DNA of 64,000 bases. Origin: Convolutriloba macropyga (lineage: Eukaryota). The translations under genes were made by a program, and so were the position numbers. The stretch's first letter is position 1. Each line of letters starts with the position of its first letter. Shown piece after piece: positions 1 to 11,493 of the stretch. The stretch covers positions 3,782,001 through 3,846,000 of the forward strand of contig NC_134471.1 of assembly GCF_964194025.1 (NCBI RefSeq). Reading direction: 5' to 3'. The notes beneath the pieces were generated by a model. The model searched no databases, had not been told where the DNA came from, and saw only the letters and a program-made list of their open reading frames with translations.

Positions 1-299
1 AAATTATTAAAACATGTCGTATCAGATCTTACACAGTGAAAAACTCTGCCCTACGTGAACGTTTATCGTGAAAGATCTTATAAGATAACAATTCAGCAAA
101 ATTGAATTATTATCTTAGATTTTTGATCAGCATCTTATCAGATCTTACACACAAAAAATTCCAGAATGACTGGGTATAGACGGACACGCTAGTAAATTCC
201 CAATCATCACTGAAAAAGCCAGAACAACGGCATAGCTCTGTTTCATGATTAGACCGGGAGTTTATACCACAGGTCATCTAGCAATAATTGCACTTAAAG

Positions 300-3200
300 A
301 AGTCGCATAAAGTCTAACATAGCCATCAGATTGCCGGAGAAAAGCTGCCATTGCACCCACCGACTAAATTTGGAAATAAAACAGCCAGAGAAAATGAAGA
401 GAAAATTGAAGACAGCAGAATGTTTTCAAAATGTCTATTTGGCCCGCAGTTTTATTAGATTTAACAACTAGCAAGCAATTGACTTAAAACAGAATGTTAA
501 CGTTACATACAGTGGAAACAAAGGAAAATAAATGAAATTATCTAAATGTATTATTATATACACAAAGTTCCCAACGAAAATCCAAAAAACTAAGCAACCC
601 AACAATCGCTCTGATAATTGACCCTCAGAATAAGTGGCAGAAACACACTAACATTTCAAAAAAATTCTCAGATTGAAAATCAGAAAAAAGATTTGAAGCA
701 CTTGTTTCAGTAAAAATTGCCATTTAAAACATATGATCAGCACCTTGTATCAACATCCCCAAATTAGCTTATTACTAAAAACTCAGCACCAACAACTATT
801 GCGAAAAACAGTAGAAATAAGCAAAAGACCTCGAAACAGACAAAAAAGATTCAACATTTGAATAGTATTATTTTAATTTAATTACCAATATTAATTCAAA
901 TTTTGCACCAATTAAGTTAAAAGCTTACCAAAGCTCCTGGAAAAAAAACAATTCAATCTTGGAATGCCATAAAAAAATTGAGGAAGAACACAAAAGCTGA
1001 TAAAAAAAAAGGTCAAAACCAATATGACAGAAAAAGCTCAACATTGCATCTTAAAGTCTAATATTTGCCTAAGAAGGCCAAAATTGACTCCAAAGGTACA
1101 TTTAAAAGTTGACATAATTAAGAGAAACCGCATTTGACTTTGTTCGTTAAAAAATTTACACTAAAACAAAAACACTGTTTTAAAAGTGGCCCAGAGGACA
1201 AAGAAATTAACTCGCTTTGTAAAAATTTTTCCTTGCCTAATTTTCTTTCTTCCTCAGATTTGAGTGATACCGGTAACCACATCGAATGGTTCTAATCATT
1301 TGACGACTGTTATTCAGCCAATGACCTGAACACTTGTTTTCACTTGCGGCATTAGTTTTTACATCCTGTTTCAGTGACACTTTACCGGTTTAAACTCATT
1401 GTCACTTTAAAACATAAGTGAAAAAGAACTCGAAATCGGTTTTACCAGAAATTCAACGTTTAAAAAATAGTATCTACACGCAGAACACACAAGGAAGCAA
1501 AAAAAACAATCTTAAGTGAAATAACAAGAAAAACTGAACGAAGTTTAAATAAACCTAGAAAAAAAAACACAAGATTCCCCATTACTTCATTATACAGTAC
1601 CGTTGCAAACAAAAAACAATTTTTTTTATGCACTGGCGACAAGAAATCTGCTCGCTTCACATAACACTTGGCAAGCCATAATAAGCTAACAAGCATCTCT
1701 GAGTATGAAAGAAATGGAGAAGAACTAAATTCCTGCAAAAATCTCAGAAAAAACCTGTTTTGCACCAAAAAATTTCATTCAATTCGTAATCGAATTTGCA
1801 GAGGATCGCAGACCTCAACTTAATTAACAATCAATGCAAAAAAACCCACGCAATGTCTACAAAATTGCTAAAACAGTCTACAAAACCAAAAAAATAGTTG
1901 CCAAAGTACCAAATTAGCGTAAAACTCACATTAATACCTAAAAAGCTTCAAAGCGATATCAAAACAAAGCATATGCTTTCACTATATTCTACGATATAGC
2001 AAAAATGAAAAACTTAAAAATTCAAAACTACTTTTAAACAAACAAATTAAAGCTCGAAAAAAATGGCTTGGAAAAGCAGCACGAGAACAAAGAGCCGCTC
2101 GATTAGCAAAAAAATTTTTCGTTTTTATATTTCTCGCACTGTTTCAAAAGAATCAATAAAAAATCTTGCCACATTTTCTCCACTATTCGAACTTATTCAT
2201 CAAAACAAAAGTCTCGCACTTTATTCACAACCTGAACTTCCGGTTTTTTCGCTCGCTCAAAAAAGCCGGAATAATTCCAGAAATCACTCCAAGAGTCGTC
2301 TTCAGCGAAAGCCTAGCCTTTGACGTACCTATCATTTAGAACACCAGTTAATTAAAGCTAGGAACAGTAATCTTCGGTCACAAAACAATAGAAAAACAGT
2401 CAAAAATTAAATTTTATAAAAAAAAAAACAATTTTCAAAAATTCAATTAATTTTTGTATAATACGAGTGCATATAACAACGACAGCCTTTCTCTTGTAAA
2501 CGTGAAAAAGTTTAATTGGGCGCACTATACTGTGGAAGCCTCATTAGGAGCTAAAATTTTATTTTTCATTAAAAAACTACTTCATACATGCAAATTTCCA
2601 CTCATTTGGTAATTTAAAACAACCATGATCAATTGGCGTCTATTTATTTCCAAAAATAAAAAACAAAACAATAATTGGCCAATAATCACTCAGATATCCG
2701 CATAATAATTTTTTTTAAAATAAATAAGGTTATGGCTGATTAAAATTATCCAAACAGTATTATACGCCTGAAACGGCCTGAATTTGATCATTGGTTATTG
2801 AAGATTTATAAGCAAAAGACCTTAGTTAAAAACCTCTCAACAAAAACCACACGTGAAAAAGAAAGTTTCGCTCGATCAAACGTATGTCTCGAAAACAGTG
2901 GTAGGAACAAAAACCAACTCCCTTTTCGCTCCACTCTTTATTCAAACTACTCAAGAAAAAAGAAAAACTAATTGAAAGTCAATCGATGATAATTAACCCC
3001 AAAAACTAACTGAACTATTAAATATAGAAAAAGTCAATTTCTTACCTATATAATAAAGGAAAAAAAATCTGATACCACTAAAATGCTTGGGAAACAAAAC
3101 CAAAGCCATAAACGGCTCACAAATGTGTCTAACTTTGAGGAATGAAAAAACTACAAGAAATTAACAAAAAATAGTTTCAAGTTTTGTTTCTTCTGCAGTA

Positions 3201-3800
3201 AAAACAATAGTTTAAAGTAGCTAAAACTGTAGTCAATAGGTAAAAAACGGTTCTGATCGATAGTAGTCCCTCTAACTTCCAAAGAATGCAATAACAAAAC
3301 AAAGATAAAAAACGCAAAATCTACAAAAAAAAAAGCAGAAAAACCTCATAAATGGCTAAAAGCACGTATTAATTACCAAAAACTTTGAAGACACTATCAA
3401 TACAATCCTAAAAGAATTACTATAGCCATTTCGAACCACTTAGCCAAAAACTGCTTGAGAAGGCCGCACAAGAATAGAAAATCCCCTTACTTTCTTACAG
3501 AAAATTTTCACACATTGATTTCTCGCGTTCTCGAGAACAGCGGTTTGAACAAAAAACACTCTCTAAATGCCCCAATCTCAATCTCTCCTCGCTCACTCAA
3601 ACCACTTCAATTTCTTTACACGTTCCATTCAAGCTTGAATATTTGCTCGAAAAAAATTGAGTTATAAGACATTTCCAATTATCCTCTTCGAATCGTTGAA
3701 AGAAGATCATCATAAATCCTCTTTGAGTCGTGAAAAAGTAAAGCACCTAAATAATAGCCTTTGAGAGGCTGACGGCACCTATTAATCAGCGAAACATTGG
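300..3800 (-). repeat. Inverted, diverged relatives of the 60-64 kb repeat family in cadherin intron 2
   Basis: aacatagccatcagattgccggagaaaagc (~316-345) is a reverse-complement match to ~61660-61692. ttgagaggctgacggc (~3761-3776) matches gctgtcagcctctcaa (~60894-60909). Boundaries loose. Confidence 0.55.
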
Positions 3801-3982
3801 CTTAAGTTATGCAACTGCAGCTGCAGTGGCAACAGGGTTTGACAAAAAAGCGTCACAACATCGTTTTCAATGCCATCGAAAAGTTATGGAACTCCGAAGC
3901 AACGCCGAGGCGTTGAAAAACTTGGAGAGGTGACAACATCCGAGCTAAATCTATTAATTAACAGAACTTGACTCATACTTAC

Positions 3983-4260
3983 ACCTCCTGTTAATGTCCG
4001 ACACATTTCGCATATTGAATTTGATTTCATGCGACTCCTGTTCTTCTCGGTCTAAAATGGTCCCAGGTATCTGACTTATAACTCCTGTGGCTATATCTAA
4101 TTCGAAGACGTCATCAAACTCCAGGATAACATATGTGAAGGTTGATTCAGAGTCGAAGCCCAGTTCACTGCGGACATTCAAGTTACCAAAGATTTGATTT
4201 TCTTGAATCTGTTTGATGATGTTCCTGCTGTCCTCCTGTCCAGACGCTGATCTTCGTTTC
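3983..4260 (-). CDS. Cadherin gene, exon 2: KRRS followed by an EC repeat with LDRE motif; gene continues beyond the left edge
   Basis: Acceptor ttttttgacag| (phase 2) and donor |gtaagt. Translation KRRSASGQEDSRNIIKQIQEN...FELDIATGVISQIPGTILDREEQESHEIKF shows the xEN, F-x-(I/L)-xxxTG-x-I and LDRE cadherin motifs. Confidence 0.85.
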
Positions 4261-6249
4261 CTGTCAAAAAAATTATGAGGTGCAAAAATTTTCATTAAGC
4301 AACATGTTGCTACAACTGACTGGTGCCTCATCGTTTTGTAGAAAAACAATAATTAGTAAAAACAAGTCCTGATAGCACAATCCAAGAATTGAATGAAAAA
4401 CTAAATAATCTTCGAATCTTCAACTGACCAGCAGACCGATTGAACATTACGAGTCAAACAGACAAAATAGTTTCACAAGTTTAGAGTAAAACAAAAACAA
4501 TAGTATTTAAACTTTAGACACATCTGATATCGTCGTAAGCTAAATAAAGTTTTTTGAACAAAAATTTCAGAGAGCAAGTACAGAAAACTTGTGCATCTAT
4601 AAAAAAATCCTGCTGGACAAAAATAGAATAAAATATTAAATATTCGCTGAAAATTTATTCTGTAAATGTCTTCACAACCAACATTGTATTGCAGAAACCT
4701 ATGTAGTAAAACAGCTGCGGGCTCAGAAGAGTTTTATTTACCAGCTAAGCTAAAAAAAACAAAAAAAGCCAAAAATTCTAAAATCTTCAAAAAAAATTAC
4801 AAACATTATTGATGATTTGTCAAACTTGTTCATACCTATGTCTTCAAAACATTTTTCTTCTCGATAAATCTACTTCTCGATCAACTAATTTGCAGGTCTC
4901 CGGAAACCTGGTTGGACATATAACGGATAAACCAAAGCAAAACGAGAAAACTAAAAAGAATTAAGTTGCTAAAATTCTTGGAGCTGATGTGCTCAAAACC
5001 AATTCGGATGCTGCTAAAATTTACTAAAAAAGCAAACGCGAGCTTTATCAAAACTCCATTGATCTCTAAAAGTAGAAAAATTCGAAAACCGACAAAACTT
5101 CTGCCAACAAAAATGAGAAAAAACTAAAAAATAAAAACCTGGTTGTTAAGTTGGCATTAACAATGCACTTACCTCGGAAATCAAACAAGAAAAAACCTAG
5201 CTTGCACTACCAATTTATGAGCTGTTACCAAAGTCAGTTAAGACAAAACCAGGAAACCGGAAAAACGCTAACACCAGAATAATTTGGGCTCAAAAAGTTC
5301 AAATGTCCTTTTGACTTTCAATTGAGGCCTTACCCAAAACTTGGAACACAGCACACAAAAGCCAAAAGCACTTGGAACACTATCACAGCCAGTTTATGAA
5401 CTCTAATGAGCTTTTAACGCCCACTGGGTTCTACCTGTTTATTCTGTTTTGAAAGCTCCAAGTCATGGAAAATAGTCTTCTCTCCAATAAAGACAGAGCA
5501 CCAATACAATACGAATTCTTGGGATTGTAAAAGGAATTTGACCAGGGTATAAACAAAAATCAGGTCTGCTCCAAACCGTTGGATGTTTACTATCATAAGA
5601 AAATTGATTTTCAAAGAACAACACAACAGAGTTGCAAAGAATATGAATTTTAGAATTGAAAAGAATATGAAATAGGTTTAACAACCTGACGCAGTAATAC
5701 GCAAAAATCAAGACTTCAACCGAAAAAATACAGTCGAAAAGTCACAAATCGTTCCGACAAAAATTCTATCAGGCCAAAAACAACATAAAGAAGACCTACA
5801 GGACCAAAATGATTTCTCTAAATATTTGAGAACGATTAAAAGCTGCCTTCTAAGAGTCAACACTACGCCAACATGAAGCGAAACTTCAGATCTCAGGGTT
5901 GAGGTTTTACTTGCTGGTTTTCATACCATCTATTGATTTTACCTTTATGAGTTTTACATTTTGAAATTTGCGTTCCAGCATTTTTAATGAACAAGTTTGA
6001 ATAAATCAAATGGGTCAAATGAATGCGAAGAGGTCAAAGTCAGAAAATGACTGCAACAAACAAAGACAACACATGCCTGAACAAGTCTCCCTGTAAATGA
6101 AATAGGCGATTTTTTAAGACAGTTGAATATGGCTTTAGCGATCCAATATGGGTTGCGGCGATCCCGAACCATGGGTTGCGGCGCAGCACCAGACAAACGA
6201 ATTTAAAAACAAACACTGAATTCAGATTTTGCTAGTGTTATCAGCAATC

Positions 6250-9200
6250 ATATTGATACGACTAACGAAAAACAGTGTAAGATTACAAGTATCGATTACT
6301 AATATACAAAACATCTATATTATGTCAATTAAGATTGCACCTGCAGTCAGTCCAGAACAGAATAGAGTACCCGGCGACTCTGGGATCCTTTTTAAAAGCA
6401 AATAAGAAAAACTCTCAAATAATTTTCTTTGCCTTGATGTGACTTTTCATTGGTATAAGGCTCTTTTTGTCATCGGAAGCTGATTTTTGGATTAGATTCC
6501 CAATTTTTGCATCGGCGATTCAAACACTTTCTTCAATTAATGAGGTCTTATAGTGAAGGTCGCTGGTAATCTATTATTCAACAAAAGGTTAATTTATTGT
6601 CCAGGAAGAACCTGACCGAAAGGATATTGTAGTTAAACTTTAGATCATTAGTGATAGTGATATTTTAAAATTTTATATTTAAATTGGATTTTTAGAAATT
6701 CCGTTAAGGAGAACTGCAGAAAAGTGCAGTTGATTGATTACTAGATCATTGACTAAAAACCGTTTGGTATTTCCTTAGGTAAGAGCAGTTCTAATTGATT
6801 ACATAGTTTTTATGCCAAAGGTCATTTTTCCTAAAAAATGTTTTTGGTTTCATCTCCACAGGGAAGAAATTGGTCTGGTTAAATTCCAAGGAAATTGATT
6901 GACTGTTTGACACTAATTTCAAAAGATCCTACTTACAAGACTATCTGTTTAGTTTTCTATTAGATGTCTATTCCAGAAAATTGTGCGTTCAATTTTAGCT
7001 TCAATCAGCGCGAGCAACTGTTGTCCATAATAATGTGTTATCACACTTAAAGGTGATAACACATTATTATGGACAACAGTTGCTCGCGCTGATTGAAGCT
7101 AAAACTGAGCGCACAATTTTCTGGAAAAGAAGTACAGTATTTGCGTCTGCTATCCTGGTAATAGCGCAAAACAAAAAAGTATCATCTGCGTATTGCACTA
7201 GTGTGCAATTTTTAGAGATCAACTCTTTATTTCATTGACATAAATTTTCAAAGGTAGACGACCAAAAATGGTTCCTTGTGGAAATCTCTGAAAAAATTTG
7301 ATCGGATCAGATTCTGTATTTTCTACAATTGTTTTCTGCAGGCAATCAGTGACAAAATTCAACACTAATTGGCGTGAGCGTTCACTGCATGGTGCCAAAT
7401 TCAACTTTTCCATTCAAATTTCATGACTTGTCAAATCAGAGGCCGTGGATAGATCCCAAAGTGATGCTCAAAATAGATTTTTGACCATCAGGCATCGCAA
7501 ATAAGTTCAGCCTCCTAGGGCGTACTTGTGCAAAATTTTGCACGGAAACCAGATTGAGTGATAGAAATTTTACAGATTGATTTAAGGTAGTCAATTATTT
7601 GACCACTCAGAAAAGTGCAGTTGGTTGATTACTGGATCATTGACTAAAAGACGTTTGGTATTTGCTTATTAAGGAGTTCTAATTAATTACATAGTTTTTA
7701 TGCCAAAGGTCATTTTTCTTTAAAAGTTCTTTGTTTCATCTCCATGGGGAAGAATTTGGTCTACATAAACTCCAAGGCAACTGATTGACTGTGTGACACT
7801 AATTCCACAAGATCCTACGTACAAATATATGTATTTAATTTTCTGTTTGATGTCTTTTTCAAACAATTGTGCCTTCAGTTTTAGCTTCATTGAGCGTAAG
7901 CACCTGTTGTCCATAAAAATGAGTTATCACCGTTAAAGTAGTTTGAAGTACTGTATTTACGTCTGCTATGCTGGTACTAGAGCAAAACAAAAAGATATCA
8001 TCTGAGTACTGCACTAGTGAGAAATTTTTAGAGATCGTTTCTTTAGATAATTGACACAATGTTCAAAAGCAGACGACCTAAGACGGTGAAACCTTGTGGA
8101 ACTCCCTTAAAAAGTTTGATCCACTCACACTGTATTTTCTCCAATTGTTTTCTACAGGCGACCAGTGACAAAATTCGATAAAAATTGGCGTGAGCATTCA
8201 CTGCATTGTACCAAATTCAGCTTTTCTATTACAATTTCATGACTTGTTAAATCAAAGGCCTTGGAGAGATTTAAAAGCATTATGCTCAAAAGAGATTTTT
8301 GTCCATCCACAATTTGCACGGAAACCGAATTGAGTTATAGAAATTTTATTGATTGATTGAAGTTAGTCAATTATTTCACCCCTCGGCTGTCTGAAATTGA
8401 ACTGGTTCCATGGTTCTTCCGTAAAAAAGAGTCACCTTTTGTGAATGGGAGTGCCATGTGCTCTCCTTAGTTCCTATGCGAACGCATTCGAGCTCATAAA
8501 TTGACTCAAGATGTTGGTAAAGATATCCCGTATTTCACAGCAAGCACATTTGATGTCTCAGGTAAAATAAAATGATGACTTTCTAACATTAAAATGTTCA
8601 ATTGCGCATGTTTTTTATGTTGATAACAAACTGAAATTTGAGTTGTTTCTTCTACATATATTTCCTATTCGGGTTGTAGCTTTTCTTACTTCTGAAGTAG
8701 TCTCTTAATTACGAAAATCTTAAATTAAGAAGGTCAGCGAAAGCCTTGCTGCTTGTAATTATCTTGTCGAAACTATATTTCATTGAGGGTTCGGCATTAC
8801 GAAACTGCGTGTCATTAAGGATGTTCAATTTTTCTCTTTTTGCTTTTGATACGCTCAATAATTGCAAAACAAAGAATTCGATTTCTAAGTCCTTCTTAAT
8901 TCTTGTTTGGCTACCAAAACGCTCCCTTGGACAAAAATTTTGTCAAGATGAATTAAAAACAATGACCAAGAGCATTTGAAAAATCTGTTTGTATCCAGTT
9001 TTAGCAAGACTGTGCTCTCATGTGATCTTGAAAATATTATCAAAGCAACATTTCTGGAAAATTTTCAGATCTCTTATTTTCAGACGTATGCAGTTTCTTT
9101 TGTTAATTATCCTGTTGGATGTGCGAGAGTAACATTTATCATTTGTTCGTATCTGTTATGATGTAGCCGATTACGCTAGTATTTTTCTGCCGATTGTGGT

Positions 9201-9830
9201 TGGCTCTAAGCTGTTTGTTACTATTAGATTTTTTGATGTAGGAATTGTGTGAATCTTTAGTTTTTCTGCTAGATTTAGATTTTTAAAGTCGTAGTCGCCC
9301 ATAATTATGATGCCAGTCATTTTGGCTACTTCCGTGTCTACTTGAACGACCTTTTCCAGAAAAGAATTGGTATTGCTTTTGTTAGGATTGACATAAATGT
9401 ATACGATATTTTCCGGCTATTAGTTTTTCTAGTACTTATTTCGACTCAACATTGTCAACTACAACTTTCATGTTTGGAAAATCGAACCTTTGCTTTGGTT
9501 TTAGCTTTTTGGGAACTAATAAAACGCCCCGCCCTTTTACTTTCATCGTCTACCTTGTCTCATCTAAAAGCAGCTTGGTATTGTCAAATTACCATAGTTT
9601 AGCATTATTGTCGCATGCAGGTTTCTATTGTTCACACAATGGTTTTCTCTGTGCAACATTTGAGAAATTCTTCAAATTCTTTGCTGAACAACCAAAGTAT
9701 GCGCATTTAGATGGATGAAATTTAAGTTTTTGACTTTTCATTATCGATAAGTAAAGAGGAAGGTGGGCCAGCGTTAGTTTCAATGTGGCTACTAATTAAG
9801 ATCTCACAAGCAAATAAAAAAGGGACAAAA
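6250..9830 (-). mobile_element. Decayed L2/CR1-group LINE (APE endonuclease + RT) in cadherin intron 1, with the RT region duplicated internally
   Basis: Broken frames give HLNA, ET and GIIIMGDY (APE), then PQGTIFG and VQYSDDIFLF (RT). Segment ~6710-7600 is repeated at ~7610-8380. 3' boundary approximate. Confidence 0.8.
6971..7126. repeat. Near-perfect inverted repeat: 74-bp arms, 8-nt spacer
   Basis: ttccagaaaattgtgcg...gtgttatcac / acttaaag / gtgataacac...gcacaattttctggaa, with about two mismatches. Confidence 0.95.
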
Positions 9831-10828
9831 AGCGTTCAAAAAATTTTATCGAAGGAAAAGATCCCGCAGTCCAAATAGTTTTATTACTCAATGAATAGAA
9901 TGAAACTCTATCCCTATGAACAACATATGTCTAGTGCTCTGCCGGTTACCTTTTACATTTACATGTACATCTGGTTGCTTTTTGTTTAAAAAAACGGATT
10001 TAACGGAGAAAAAGATCATTTTGTCACCGGTTCATCACACAGATGGGAGTTAGTCAGTAAATATTCGTGTCGATACTTTCGAGTTATCCTTTTAAAAGAG
10101 CATGATTGTTACATTTATCAGTGAATATTTCTAGAAATTTGCGGCAAAGGCCACGTACACCTTTAGTTTCCAAGTATGATCAAAAATACAATATGTGCCA
10201 ATAAACAATAAGTGAGAAAAAAAGACATCACTCAATTAACTTAGTCAAAAATTATATGATCCAAAAAACAACAGCTGATTTCGTAATGAAAAAAAAAACG
10301 TTTAAAGAAACCAAGAGAAGACGGCAAACGATTTGATTGTTGGCAACTCTATTATAAGTTAAATATCAAGAACTTGTGTTCAATTTTGCGGTCAAATCAT
10401 AAAGCCCACTCTCCCTTACCAAAATATAGAAGTCGTTGCGTACAAGCACAAAAAAGCGAGCACATTTTTATTGTTTTCCGATAACGTCGTTATCAAACAT
10501 CTTTTTTAAAAAAGACCAGATGTTTCTTGATCAGCCTGTTTGCTATTTTTCTTGATCCCCAGGTTTTTTGTAATCAATGAACAAAATTCGGCTAAAAAGA
10601 TGCAGCTTTAAGTTGAAAATAATTGCTTTCACCGCTATTGTTTCAAATGCCGTTAACACATTGGTATAAATTTTCTATTTCTCGGTAAAACCTCAACCCG
10701 GGCATCCTGACAGAATCCCTGGCACGTCAGTCATCCTGATACAAACCAGTATGCAGTGCAACGCTGCAACGTTGTTAGGATAAAACGAGAGCCACGATCG
10801 TTAACAAAAAAAACTCGGACAAACTCAC

Positions 10829-11493
10829 CGTGATGGTTGATTTCCGACAATAATTTCAATTTCAGTCGATGCTCGGTTCCCTGTCCCGTCCGGTTTCTTA
10901 GCATCAATGGTCAAATTGAAGTTATAAGATCCCTCTCTGCAATAATCCGTCGCATATTTAATTGCAAAAGCATTTTCTCCAGCAACAACAGGGCGAAACT
11001 GTGCAACATCAGGTAAGAGACGGTATTCAATCTCTGGCGATAAATCGGGTAAATTATATTTGATGTTTCCCAAGTTTTTAACCGTTTCTCCTTTTTTACA
11101 TTCCGCAACATTGTCAACGATGACCTCGTATTTCGGATATTGGAAGGATATTCTGTCATCGTTAATTACGTCCAAAGAAATCGAAACAGATTGCCCGTGA
11201 ACTGCATCAAAAGCATTCAACTCAAAATGGGCAAATTTTAAATTTGAACTTTTCAAGTCCTTATTGCATTTTACAATTCCGCCATTTTGAATGCTGAATT
11301 CGCTCAAAAAATGGAAACTTTCGTTCACGTTTTTTGGTGAAAAGCGGAAGTTGGAAAACGGAAGTGTGAACAGGTCTTTTGACGGGTGTGAACAAATTTG
11401 GTTGCCGTAATCAAGTTCAATTCGTTCGCACATCGACGTGTGAATTAACAGGAACACAAATGAGCAGCACGAAATTAAATTAATTCGTAACAT
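10829..11493 (-). CDS. Cadherin gene, coding exon 1: signal peptide plus about two divergent EC-like repeats (classical type III-like or related)
   Basis: ORF 10825..11493 starts with a hydrophobic signal-like stretch (MLRINLISCCSFVFLLIHTSMC). It contains a cadherin-like linker DVINDDRISFQYPKYEVIV and a terminal strand STEIEIIV. It ends at a consensus donor TCA CG|GTGAGT (phase 2) that matches the phase of the exon at 3983-4260. Confidence 0.8.

Noticed and set aside
5165-5240. Extra cadherin micro-exon at a strong minus-strand donor GAG|GTAAGT (~5172)
   Set aside because: No convincing phase-compatible acceptor or cadherin-like peptide; exons 1 and 2 already join in phase.
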